NCBI GenBank assembly: GCA_964188305.1
Contig: OZ076896.1
DNA: 64,000 nucleotides
Source: Podarcis bocagei
Taxonomy: Eukaryota
Direction: 5' to 3' (one strand)
Positions 1 to 12,464 of the stretch are shown here, piece after piece. Positions within the stretch are counted from its first letter, which is position 1, and each line of letters begins with the position of its first letter. The notes beneath the pieces are model-generated. The model was not told where the DNA came from. It searched no databases and saw nothing but the letters and a program-made list of their open reading frames with translations. A program made the position numbers and the translations under genes.

Positions 1-1027
1 ACCTCTCATAAGTGATTTTTTGTTTGTTTGTAGTATTTCTAGTTTGGAAGAATTAAGGCACGCACCTTCTTCCTCTTACAACACATCCCCACTTCCTGAT
101 AAAATGCTATGTGAGTTGAGCACACTTTTTAAAAAAAAGTATGGTTGCATCACAGAAACAGGGGTGAGGAGCCTCCAGACTAAATGTAGCCCTCTAGGTC
201 TCCTCATTTGGCCTGGCAGACCATTTTTAGCAAGCCACATAGGTGAAAGGAGGATTTCAATTGAGCAATTGGGAGCTTAAAGCTCCCCAGTTGTTCGATG
301 GATCCAGCAAAGCATGCTACTCTCTGCCTATCCTCCATCAGCTGACGGATGGAGCACAGTGCACCTTCAGTCCACTTGAAGGTAGGGCTTTCAAAGGCAT
401 ACTCCCATTCTCCATCATTCTCTGATGGGCAGATCAGAGCACATCCCCTTTCCCACTTCTCCTTCAAACTGCTGAGGTTTAAAAGAGAAACTGGGAGGAG
501 AGGGGGGTACGTAAACCCTTTGTAAACATCCCAGCCCTGCTCTGTGAATGTACACAAAGGGCTTTAAAACAGCCCATCCTCCCATCTGCTTCGAACAGAG
601 GAGGTAAGATAAAGCAGAGGACATAGGACAAAGCCATCATGACTGTAGCCATTATCCACCATTCTTCTAATCATATTTTTAAGCCATTCAAACTGGTGGC
701 CATTACTACATGTTGTGGGGGTGAATTCTATCTTTTGCTTGTCTCAAATCTTCCAAAATTCAGCTTCTTTGGATAACCCTGGGATTCTAGTATTATGCAA
801 AAGGAAGAAAAACATCTTTCTCCACCACACCATGTGCAATTTTATGCCCCTTTATCTTTACTTGCCTTTCCCCCTAAAGAGCCCTAAATATTGTATCCTT
901 TCCTCACAGGGCTAGAAAGACAAAATAAATGAAACACAAAAGATTCAGAAACCAGAGAAATCACTTTGGAACAAGTGGAGGGAAGGTTCAAGCAGAATCA
1001 CTTTAACAACTTACGTACAATATTTAC

Positions 1028-1111
1028 CTTTTTATGAAGAGCATGAAATTCACTATACCGCTTTTCAACAAAGTGCTTTCTTCCATTCATTAGTACCTCT
1101 ATCTTAAAGAC
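1028..1111 (-). CDS. SNX24: Sorting nexin-24, coding exon 2 (PX domain; [28 protein letters not shown])
   Basis: Reverse complement reads tttttacag|GTC TTT AAG ATA...CAT AAA AAG|gtaaat. 84 nt, phase 0/0, canonical AG/GT. Peptide matches recalled vertebrate SNX24 residues 21-48. The gene continues beyond position 1. Confidence 0.96.
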
Positions 1112-2315
1112 CTGTAAAAACCAATGCAAGAGATTACTTTACCTGTTCAAAACCCTGTTTGCTTTGTGACGGGTTTAAAGGAAAGAATTACTGAAGCTGA
1201 TTTGTTCCCTCCCCCCAAACACAAGACACTCAGGAGATATTGAGGTGTAGCCACTGATTAATGAGTGTGCTGGTTAAATCCCCTGCTAACCAGTGGGCTC
1301 CACAAATACATCCAAGGACAATTAAGATTTGTGAGGCTTAAAAAACTTCCACTATACAATCAACCTAGTAGAAGTGCTTTTTTAGATATATATATATATA
1401 TAAAGCAAAACAACTCAAGAATATCTGGGTCTTTCAGTGATGTGCTATATAGTACATCAACAACCTTACACACATACAATTCAGTGATAGTGGTAGCATG
1501 TCTTGTGGAACACATAAAATATAAATGCAAAGACTATACTGCAGGTTAATTTCCACCTAACCTACATATTCATCTCTAGTCTCAGCTGGGCTTGCTCTAG
1601 TGTTTACACCATTAAAAAATGGTTTGGGCTCATTTTCTTTGCATGATGTGTATGACAGCTTTTGCTTCCTCCTGTGGAAGGTTGAAAGGCCAGCTGAAGA
1701 TGCTCTCTAGTTCCACTAATTAGTAGCCACTAACATGACATTTTCTTGATTTTCAGGTCACTGGGTCAGATCTCAGGGCAGGTGACAAGAAGTATCTCAA
1801 AATGCTCATGAAAACATAACCTAGCAAAACCAAGGCCAGCAGAAAAGCATAATAATGAGAGGCCATTGCTACTGTAACCAAATGTGCCTACTGCCAGGAT
1901 TTGTTCTATTAGGAGATCCTTGGATTAGATAAAGTCAGGGCACCAATATTAGAACCCAATTCTAGACCAGAAACTAATGAATTTTTAAAATTAACTTGAG
2001 AAAGGATTTTGGATAGGGAACATTGGCTTAGCTGCTGTGCTGTGCTAAACTAAAAGGGCAAAGGAGGAGCAAATTGGATGCAATTTGCCGGGTTGCTAGA
2101 CATCGAAAGTTGGGAGAGTGCTGTCACAATCAGATTTCTGGCTGGTCACTGTGAGAACAAGATACTGAACCAAAGAAGGCCTTCAACCTGAACCAACATG
2201 CTTGCGACAAGCCATGGTTTGGCTTAGCATTACATGTAAACGTGGCCAATATGCCTGAAGACCCCTGAACCTGTTCTCTACATTGTCACGAGGATACTTT
2301 TATCACTCTAATGTA

Positions 2316-2503
2316 CTGTATTTTTCACTCTATAAGACGCACCAGACCACAAGACACACCTAGTTTTGGGAGGAGGAAAACAAGAAAAAAAATATTCTGA
2401 ATCTCAGAAGCCAGAACAGCAAGAGGGATCGCTGCGCAGTGAAAGAAGCAATCCCTCTTGCTGTTCTGGCTTCTGGGATAGCTGCGCAACCTGCATTCGC
2501 TCC

Positions 2504-2544
<41 letters not shown>

Positions 2545-2598
2545 TTCCCCTTACTTTTTAGGAGGGAAAAAGTGAGTCTTATAGAGCAAAAAATACGG
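2316..2598. mobile_element. Non-autonomous Tc1/mariner-superfamily MITE (TIR CYGTATTTTTC..CTCTATAAGAC) with internal (AC)18
   Basis: TA on both flanks (2314-15, 2599-2600), inverted termini, long internal hairpin at about 2405-2475. Sister copy at 8904-9162. Confidence 0.85.
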
Positions 2599-2661
2599 TA
2601 ATCTGTTCACATTACATGGAGAAGGGAGATAGTTAGATGAGTCAGCATTTCAGATCATGTA

Positions 2662-4163
2662 CAGTGGTACCCCGCAAGACGAACGCCTCGCAAGACGGAA
2701 AACCCGCTAGACGAAAGGGTTTTCCGTTTTGGAGGCGCTTCGCAAAACGAATTTCTCTATGGGCTTGCCTCGCAACACGACAGCCCATAGGGAAATCTCC
2801 GGGACAGCGGGGAAGCGCAGCGCGTCTTCCCCACTGTCCTCGGACCTCCGCCCGCCGCGGGGCATCGGAACGAAGCTCCGATGCCGGGCGGCGGGGGGGG
2901 GGGAACGCCTCCTCCCGCCGCGCGGCATCGGAACGAAGCTCCGATGCCGGGCGGCGGGGGGGGGGAACGCCTCCTCCCGCCGCGCGGCATCGGAACGAAG
3001 CTCCGATGCCGGGCGGCGGGGGGGGGACGCCTCCTCCCGCCGCGCGGCATCGGAACGAAGCTCCGATGCCGGGCGGCGGGGGGGGGGGGAACGCCTCCTC
3101 CCGCCGCGCGGCATCGGAACGAAGCTCCGATGCCGGGCGGCGGGGGGGGAACGCCTCCTCCCGCCGCGCGGCATCGGAACGAAGCTCCGATGCCGGGCGG
3201 CGGGGGGGGGGGACGCCTCCTCCCGCAGCGCGGCATCGGAACGAAGCTCCGATGCCGGGCGGCAGGGGGGACGCCTCCTCCCGCCGCGCGGCATCGGAAC
3301 GAAGCTCCGATGCCGGGCGGCGGGGGGGGGGGAACGCCTCCTCCCGCCGCGCGGCATCGGAACGAAGCTCCGATGCCGGGCGGCGGGGGGGGGACGCCTC
3401 CTCCCGCAGCGCGGCATCGGAACGAAGCTCCGATGCCGGGCGGCGGGGGGGACGCCTCCTCCCGCCGCGCGGCATCGGAACGAAGCTCCGATGCCGGGCG
3501 GCGGGGGGGGGACGCCTCCTCCCGCCGCGCGGCATCGGAACGAAGCTCCGATGCCGGGCGGCGGGGGGGGGGGAACGCCTCCTCCCGCCGCGCGGCATCG
3601 GAACGAAGCTCCGATGCCGGGCGGCGGGGGGGAACGCCTCCTCCCGCCGCGCGGCATCGGAACGAAGCTCCGATGCCGGGCGGCGGGGGGGGAACGCCTC
3701 CTCCCGCCGCGCGGCATCGGAACGAAGCTCCGATGCCGGGCGGCGGGGGGGAACGCCTCCTCCCGCCGCGCGGCATCGGAACGAAGCTCCGATGCGGGCG
3801 CGCGGCATCGGATGGCTTTCCTGAAGACTTGGGGTGGGAGGAGGGTTTTCCTTCCCACCGCCAACATTCAGAATGCTGTTCTGAATGTTTGCAGTGGGGA
3901 GGAAAAACCCTCCTCCCACGCAAGCCCCGGGAACAGAGGGAAAGCGCTGCGCGCCTTCCCCTCTGTTCCCGTACCTGTCCTGAAGGCTTGCGGTGCGGAG
4001 AAAAGCCCTTCTCCGCACCACCAGCCTGGCAAGCGGTTTCCCTAGGAACGCATTAATTGATTTTCAATGCATTCCTATGGGAAACCGTGCTTCGCAAGAC
4101 GAAAAACTCGCAAGAAGAAAAAACTTGCGGAACCAATTAATTTCGTCTTGCGAGGCACCACTG
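2662..4163. mobile_element. Tigger/pogo-like non-autonomous DNA transposon carrying a palindromic minisatellite
   Basis: TA flanks (2660-61, 4164-65). 22-bp TIRs CAGTGGTACCCCGCAAGACGAA / CAGTGGTGCCTCGCAAGACGAA (2 mismatches). No transposase ORF. Confidence 0.88.
2851..3812. repeat. GC-rich tandem array, about 16 copies of a 58-64 bp self-complementary unit
   Basis: Core GGCATCGGAACGAAGCTCCGATGC starts at 2861, 2924, 2986, 3046, 3110, 3170, 3232, 3290, 3353, 3413, 3471, 3531, 3594, 3653, 3713 and 3772. Length varies only through the G tract (about 7-12) and the AACG/ACG linker. Confidence 0.97.
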
Positions 4164-6342
4164 TACTGGAATCTGCATGGAATCTGTCTACACAGCACAC
4201 TTTTGGTCACCTTCACCTTTTCTCTCCCTTTTCTTAACCTGATTCTGGAAGCTTAAGCCATTAGTGCCAATGACTGTGAGTACTAATTCTTCAAATTAAA
4301 TGCTCTGACACACATGACAACAATGCTCCATCGAGCCAGGGTTGCAGAGATCCAAAGGACTAACAGCCAATGAGAATTGTAATGTCAGAAACAGCTTATA
4401 CTCACACATAGGCACACAGGCTCTTTCAGACATTATGCTGAAAGTGAATGGGGAAGCCAGTAGTAGAAAACTCTGTCTCTACTCCTTCCACATTCAGAAA
4501 ATATCTGAAGACTGCTATTCTTTTGGTTATGCATTCACGTCAGTATCCCTCAAAATAGTGTATTTATCATCCGTACTATTAATTAAATTTCAATTAGTCC
4601 TACTGTGATTATCTGATCACTATTTAGAATCTCAGCATGAGTACTATGGTCAGCCTAATGTAGAACATAGGTGTATTCTGAAGCAATACAGATTTGTGCA
4701 TAAAAGAAAGGGAAACTTTCCTTTAAACATTTTGAGGTTTTATGAAATATGGACATGCATGTAGAAATTTTCAAAATAAGCAGTAAATGTCATCTATAAA
4801 AGATCTTACCAAGCAACAAGTAATGAGTTTCTAGCAATTTAAACCCTAACAATTGTGTTTACATGACATGAACAATCCCCATATAAAATATTCATACATT
4901 TACCATACCATATTCTTATCTTAAAGTTGAGAGAATAATGGGACTTCCCATAAGGACTGGGAATCCCCGACAGCCTCCTGCCACCTCAATGTCTAACCAT
5001 CCAAAAATATTCATATCCCATTCTAGGAAGAGGTTAACCATTGCCTTCCCCCATCCCTGCCCTAGGACAGAAGCAGCTATTGGGAGAAATGGTAGTTTCT
5101 CTTTCAAGGAAAATGATAGACTTTGGGGGAGCAAGTAGAGTGACAATTTTCACTAGGACACAGGATTCAGAGTTAAGAACACTTCCTGCAAGCCATGGCC
5201 TCAGTTGTGAACAAATCCCATTTTTGATTGGCTGTAACTTCTTAAGTAAACAGAAAACTCGTTAATAGGTTAAATGTGTATTATTCATTTATCTGGTTTG
5301 ATCCATTTAGCAACCGGCAAACATACAGTGCTATACATTGTCTTTTAACTGCATAATCAGTAAGTGCATTAAATAGAACAGATAAGATCTACAACGATTT
5401 GTCAGCCAAATAATCTTAATTTCTCACCATTACCATAATAAAATCCATGCTCAATCCGTAGCAAAGTATTTTTTCCTGCATGGAGCCAATACCTAATAGG
5501 GATAACAATTAGACATTTAAAATGTCTGCCAGAATTTAACTCATATAAACCAAGAATAGGAGGAATAGCTTTTGGTTTGAAGTACGTGTGGAAACTCATA
5601 TTTTCCCCCTCTGACCATCATGCCAAGTAGATGACATTTTATTTTATAACCATCAAAAGGCTGGAGAGGATGAAATGGGGCCTATTAAATCAAAGTCCTG
5701 TTTTAAGAATTCTTTTTAGGAAGCCATAACAAAGTCTTTCAAGGTTCTTGGATCAATCTGCATAACAGCTGTCTTTATTTAAAATTATTTTCTAACATAG
5801 ACCAGTAAGTCATCATCTGATTACCAGTTATAATAAAAATATGAAAGACAGTCGTAAGTTGGGGAGACTATCTCCCATCTCAGTATAGCAAAAAAGCATA
5901 TCCATCCCAATTTCCAGAACCAGAACCATATTCCTTCTCTGTCTGCATTCCAATTTTAAGCCTTGTGATTGAGAGACAGTGACATAATGGGAAGGGCTAT
6001 AGCTCAGTGTAGAATATATGCTTTGGATCAGGGTCAAAAACTCATCAATATATAAGCGAATTGCCAAGTGACACCCTAAACCTAGATTACGGTTGCCACA
6101 ACAGAATGTCTAGGCGCCATTTTATTTTAAAATGAAATTAACATCATCATTATTTCATTTCAATACCACTTTATATTTTTTTAGAAAAATCTCAAAGTGC
6201 TTTACAGCACATTAAAAAATCAAATAAAACAAATTCAAGCTTCAAGGAAAATGTTTCAGATCCTTCTCTAAGTGACGGTTTCCTTTCCCTATATATATTT
6301 ACCTACTTTATTTAAATAGCTGCCCCATAGCAGCAGTACTCT

Positions 6343-6631
6343 AGGAAGCAAGTGTGGTGTAGTGGTCAGAGTGTTGGACTAGGACCTGGAGATCCGGGTT
6401 CAAATTTCGAATGTTCCCGAAGTTTAATGTTTTGGTTTTCGAATGCAGAAAACCCAGAAGTAAATGCTTCAGTTTTTGAACGCGCCTCAGAAGTCGAACG
6501 GCTTCTGCTGAGTTTCCCCCCAATTTTCTCTACTGAATTTGCAGACTGCCTTTTGTGCCTAGGTTTTCGAACGTTTCGGAACTCGAACAGTCTTCTGGAA
6601 CGGATTACGTTCGAAAACTGAGATACCACTG
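6343..6631. mobile_element. tRNA-derived SINE head (about 6343-6405) fused to a Tigger-like MITE lacking its left TIR
   Basis: A/B-box-like GTGGTGTAGTGG...GGTTCAAAT followed by a MITE body ending GATACCACTG-TA. Confidence 0.6.
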
Positions 6632-6969
6632 TACTCTCTGGAGAAAAAGGTAGGAGATAAATGGAGTATATAAGCTCTTCTGCTTACCTGTTTCAGACAA
6701 CTGGAGGGCCCTGCCAGATGGAGATGTCAGACGCCAACCTGGCATCCACAGATCTCCATGTGGTCGCAATTGGACCTGCGCCAGTTGCAAAGATTCCAAA
6801 GCACCTGGGGAACTTCGAACAATGCTTTGGATGCAGAAGGTCACAGGTTCAATCCAGGGCAGCTTCAGGTAGGGTTCAAAAAGATTCCTGCCCCAAACCC
6901 TGCAAAGCTGTTGGCTGGCAGTGCATATACAACAGTGAGCTGCAGGCAATGGTGAAGCCAGGTGCTTTT

Positions 6970-7268
6970 GTTGCTGTTGTTTAGTCGTTTAGTCGTGTCC
7001 GACTCTTCGTGACCCCATGGACCAGAGCACGCCAGGCACTCCTGTCTTCCACTGCCTCCCGCAGCTTGGTCAAACTCATGCTGGTAGCTTCGAGAACACT
7101 GTCCAACCATCTCGTCCTCTATCGTCCCCTTCTCCTTGTGCCCTCCAACTTTCCCAACATCAGGGTCTTTTCCAGGGAGTCTTCTCTTCTCATGAGGTGG
7201 CCATAGTATTGGAGACTCAGCTTCAGGATCTGTCCTTCCAGTGAGCACTCAGGGCTGATTTCCTTAAG
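6970..7268 (-). mobile_element. BovB (RTE) LINE 3' fragment
   Basis: Reverse complement of the copy at 39331-39720, with the same GACTAAACGACTAAACAAC tail. Confidence 0.9.
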
Positions 7269-8903
7269 TGATTTTAGACCCTGCATTTAATGGTAACTTT
7301 GTCAGTTTCCAACTGAACATTCAATCCACTATAGCTCTGGTTTTCTCACACTGTTCCCAAGACCCCTAGGATTCTCTGGAAGCTTGTGGAGGTTCCTCAT
7401 GAAGAACAGAAAACACTCTACTGATGGCTGATTCTGTCAGAACAAGGAAGAGGTCCAAAATTTGACCAGTCCATCCTTCAGAATAAAGGTTTATACAAAG
7501 AAAATGAAAGGTTCATGAAAATAAATTCTGATGTCTAAGTTGAGTTTGTCTCGTTCCAAATGCAAACAATTGCGTTTGTTATTTTTCTCCTATGTTGGTT
7601 AAAGTTTAAAATCGTGTTTTCTCTTTTAAATACCCTAATCACTTCTCTCTCATCTGTTTTTCTTTCAGCAAGCATTTGAATGTGACCCAGGAATGGTCTG
7701 CTTCAGCATGTAAAAAGTTTCTTTTTTAAAAAAGAAAATAATTGCTTTCTGTTAATGACTCATATACTCAAGAATTGTAGTAAGAGCTTATGCACAGTAA
7801 TATAATTCACTTCTAGTTCCTAAAAAATGACTTTGGATGAGTCAACAAACCATTCAAAAGAATGCTTTGGTTTTTAGAACTATTCTCTATAAAAATATAT
7901 AAGACATACGTTTAACGAAATAGCAATGATGTAATGATTTTAAAGTAATTCTAACTAGAAGAAGAACATACTGAAATCTGGATATTGACTCTTTAAGCTC
8001 CTCCAGTTCTGCCTACTGGATGCAGGAAGCTTTCCTGGGAATTAAAAAAATAAAAGCTGCTAGGTCAGGATAGGTGCCTGTGCTGGAGGCATGATCTTAC
8101 AAAGAATTTCGGGAATGCCTAAGTGTCAGGAAGTGAATCTTGAGAGGGAAAATCTATATAGATAATTCAAGGAATGACAACTGTTTTCTGACATGTGTCA
8201 ATCAGCTCATCCTCACTCCATTTAATATGAACTTTCCTTACCTCTTTTTGAAACCATCTTTTCAATCATTTCTGGAATCTCTAGTGACAGCAAATACAGA
8301 GTGCATCTTCTGTAGCACTAGCATTTTAATAATAATATGATGCAATGAATGAAATGCATATTTATTGTAGGTCCACGAATATACCCCTTAATACATAATC
8401 TGATTAAACACAAACACAGCCTAACTAAAAACAACAAAAGGAAATAAAAACATAAGAGGTCACCTGCTTGCGAACTAGCATTAGTCAACTTTACAAATCC
8501 TGGTTGAATGCTAATGAACCTAATCTGCATTTTTATTGGCCGCCTGTATCCCTTGAACATCATCACAACTAATTCCACTCAGGTCTAGATTTCTCATAGG
8601 CAACCTAGAGAGCATTCAAGAGATAACAACCCATTTCAGAATCAATTTTACAAAACAGATGAAACAGATCTGACTATAGTTCACTGACTAAAAGCAAGCT
8701 ATCCCTTCTAAGTATGTTGAACATAGCTATACAAGAACAAAAAGAAATAGCTATTCTGACCATAAAGAACCAGATGCGACCGAGAGGGGAAATCTTATTG
8801 GTTATTTTGTTATTCTAATATGTGATTACTGGAACTCTTAAAGCATCGGCAGGATCCAGTAATACAAAAACAGAAAGGATGCATACTGCACGGTCAAGGT
8901 ATA

Positions 8904-9162
8904 CCGTATTTTTCGCTCTATAAGACGCACCAGACCACATGACGCACCTAGTTTTTGGAGGAGGAAAACAAGAAAAAAAATATTCTGAATCTCAGAAGCC
9001 AGAACAACAAGAGGGATCGCTGTGCAGCGAAACCAGTGATCCCTCTTGCTGTTCTGGCTTCTGTGATAGCTGCGCAGCCTGCATTCGCTCCATAAGACAC
9101 ACACACATTTCCCCTTACTTTTTAGGAGGGAAAAAGTGAGTCTTATAGAGCAAAAAATATGG
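8904..9162. mobile_element. Tc1/mariner-superfamily MITE, same family as 2316-2598
   Basis: TA flanks, same TIRs and internal hairpin, only (AC)5. Confidence 0.85.
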
Positions 9163-10531
9163 TATTTTAATGGAAGTCATAAAAAGCAAGAAGCTTTAAG
9201 CTTTCTAGAATATTAAAGGATATGCAGAACTCAATGTACCATTGAATCCATTATAATACAAATGAGGAAAGTTCAAAGGGCATGGAGGAATGGGAAAGGA
9301 AAACTTGTAACTGAGCATTGTCTTAGCTGACAGATCTCTAAAAGAAAATTTTCTGATTCATCAATGATTTGGTACCAAAGGAAGACTAACAAAACAATTT
9401 AACAGGTTTCGTATTTATAAAGAAGTTCAAAGAAAGACAGAAGAACTTAGGGAAGTACAACAAAAACATCAAAACCATAGTGGGATATGAATAGGCCAGC
9501 TCATACCACCCTTCGAGCTCTGAAAGACATTCACAGAATTTAAAGAGAATTTAATTCTTATCTCGTCCAGCTTTCTGCAGGACATAACTGCAGTATCCCT
9601 GACAGTCTCAGTAGACCAAGAATCATGTTTGAACAACAACAAAACCTGGAATACATCTCAAAATCAACCCTTGCAAGAACAATTTCATATTAACATAACG
9701 AAGCAGCAATGTAATAACAAATGTAACAACATACAGAACAACCAACATTTCAGTACTGTAAATATAACAAGCTTACACTAACAACATTATACCTTCTGCC
9801 ATTTGGAGCAATGGAGGACGAATCTGCTTCATCTTCTGTACCCAGTAATTCCTATACTGCTCCTTCCATTCCCTTTGCCAGAATAACCAGGAAGGAGAAA
9901 TACTGTGAAAGTGAAACAATTGCAGATGGGAATTTATCAATAGTCCACTTTGAGAAGGAAGGTGGTTGGGCCCTGGGCAAAATAAAAACTGAACTTCTTA
10001 ATCAAATATTTCAAATGTTAAGAGTGCTGCTTATGTTTCTTTTAAAATTGTCAGGTTAAAATTATAGTTGAATATATGCACGTTAAAACCATACAAATGG
10101 ACTCTTAAAAGTGAATCAATGGCCCGCACATTGGTTTAGTGCAGGGATGGGAATCTAATTGGACTGGATCTTTATATTCCTTTACCCATCCCTGGGCCTA
10201 GTTTGGCAGGTGGGTGGGGTCACCCACCTGTCAACTGCCTGACGTCGCAAGGACACCAGGCCTACATGGTTTGAAATCAGGCTGTAAGGGCAAAGGCACA
10301 ATACTTTGCAAACACTGGTGATTAGCTGATAAGTGGGGCTTGCAAAGCTCCACACTCATGACTTTGCAAGCACTCACAAATTCCCATTCTCCCCAGCCAC
10401 ATCCTTCCCTGCACCATGCATGATGGCATAGATGAATTCAGGTGTAAGACAAGTGGGCATGACTTTGTGAAAATGGCCTTGTGGAAGGTCTGGCAGACTG
10501 ATGGATCCTCATCACTGGATTAGATTTAGGG

Positions 10532-10667
10532 CAGTGTTTCCCAAACTTGGGTCTCCAGCTGTTTTTGAACTACAACTCCCATCATCCCTAGCTAGCAGAA
10601 CCAGTGGTCAGGGATGATGGGAACTGTAGTCCAAACATAGCTGGAGAACCATGTTTGGGAAACACTG
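10532..10667. mobile_element. hAT-Charlie-type MITE (about 136 bp)
   Basis: TIRs CAGTGTTTCCCAAAC / GTTTGGGAAACACTG. Imperfect 8-bp flanks ATTTAGGG/TATTAGGG. Confidence 0.8.
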
Positions 10668-11935
10668 TATTAGGGAAACATCAGGTTTGTGTGCTCTCCC
10701 CTCCTCTCTCCTCCAGTGCGGATGCAAAGAGAAAATACAAAGTTTTCACTTCTCTTTTAAGTGGCCAAATTAGTTAATTAATTTTTAGTCCCTCACAGGG
10801 CAAGGCTTCTTCATTTGGGCTGCTGCTGCTGTTTCTCACAGCTTCTGGTTCCAGGTGCAAGAGGCCACAGGGAGAGGAAAGGTATTTAGAAATAAATGAA
10901 TTTGATCTGAGCTAATCTATTCTATTCATCAGACTCAAATAAAACACAAAAAGCTTAAAATGCCATATCTCCCTGGCAGATCATGTGCCCTTATAAATAA
11001 AATAAAATTGTGCCTCTTTCAATAAATACTAAAATGAAATGAGTTTACACAACTATGAATAAAAGCAAGCAAGCGATTAAAAGGATAAAACAAACTTTGC
11101 AAATTCTGAACCTCCCTGACAAGACACAGGAGTCTCTCTCAAGAATTCTCCCCTCTCATCAGCTACTGCAGATAGAAAACGTGCAGTCTTCACAGTTGTA
11201 TATTTATCTTGTCTGCCTAGCAGATAAATTACAGACTCGAGGTCAGACCTCTCTTCATTTCTCCCTAAAATTTGTCCCAAGTGTTGTTTTCCCAACGCAT
11301 TATACAAAAGACAACATATAATAATATGCACAAGGTCCCCACAACACAGTTTAAGTTACAACGACAGATACGTTCAGAATATGGCATGTTTTGGAAACTT
11401 GCTTTTAAATCATCTGAGGGCATCAGATTTAACTGGGCTTCACTAAAGACCATCCTATCTCTCAGTCTCTGCAAATTCTCAAAAGAAGATGGTAATACAT
11501 GAGGAATGCAAGGGAAATTCTTATGCAGTCGTGCTATTTTAGAAACAGATACAGTTGCTCTGTCCATCTGAAAGGTCACATCAGTCAATCCCTGCTTCAA
11601 AAGCTTTTTAACGAACTCCACACCCAAACTCTTTGCATATAGTTAAAGAAAAACCCCAAATTCACTACCAAGGATGAAATGACCCCCTGCAAGAGTGATT
11701 GTTCATTTCCTCAAAGGCTGCCATAAGAGGTCAAAAAAAGGTAAATTTCAGCCAAAAGTTTAACATCATTTTGTATACCACTGTTAGTATTGCTATATAG
11801 CCAGTTCAGCTCTGCATAAACCAGAAGGTACAGATGGGGGGTAGAGAAGCAACAGTAATGATAATTGAAATTTATTTTGAACTATCTTCAAGGACCTGGC
11901 CCCTGTACAGAAGCAGACAAATGAGTTTCCAACTA

Positions 11936-12177
11936 CAGTGGTATCTTTGTTCTTGAACTTAATCTATTCCGGGAGTACATTTTCTTTCCAAAACTGTTGG
12001 AAAACCAAGGCACAGCTTCCAATTGGCCACAGGAGCTTCCTGCAGTCATGCGGAAGCCACGTCGGATGTTCGGCTTCCGAAAAATGTTCACAAACCAGGA
12101 CAGTCACTTCCAAGTTTGCAGTGTTTGGGAGCCGATTTATCTGACAACTAAGCCGTTCGAAAACCAAGGTACCACTG
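11936..12177. mobile_element. Tigger-like MITE
   Basis: TA-CAGTGGTA...GTACCACTG-TA. Confidence 0.8.
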
Positions 12178-12464
12178 TATACAGCTCCAACACTGGTGTT
12201 ACCAGATGTCCAGACCTAGCTCTACAAAAATGTAAAATACCCAATGTAATCTTCTCGCTCCATCCTTTGAAAACTCTACATGTTGTATCCAGGTTTCTGC
12301 CTGAAAATACACCACCCCCCAAATTTGGGGAGGAGGGGAAAGAGAGGTGTTTACAAGTCTCCCACAGTCCTCAGACATAGTTGCCATTTTGGACAAAACA
12401 TTGAGTGTGTATTCAGGAATTACACAACTCAGCATGATGATGCATACATTAGAAGGCACTCTAG

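Noticed and set aside
2851-3812. CRISPR-like array of palindromic repeats
   Set aside because: The intervening sequences are near-identical rather than unique spacers, there are no cas genes, and the context is a vertebrate intron.
2637-4056. Six overlapping 386-459 aa ORFs in all frames
   Set aside because: The GC-rich palindromic repeat has no stop codons on either strand. The peptides are low-complexity, shift frame with each G run and show no transposase motifs.
9220-9800. A-rich stretch resembling a decayed retroelement ORF
   Set aside because: I could not identify termini, a TSD or a protein motif.
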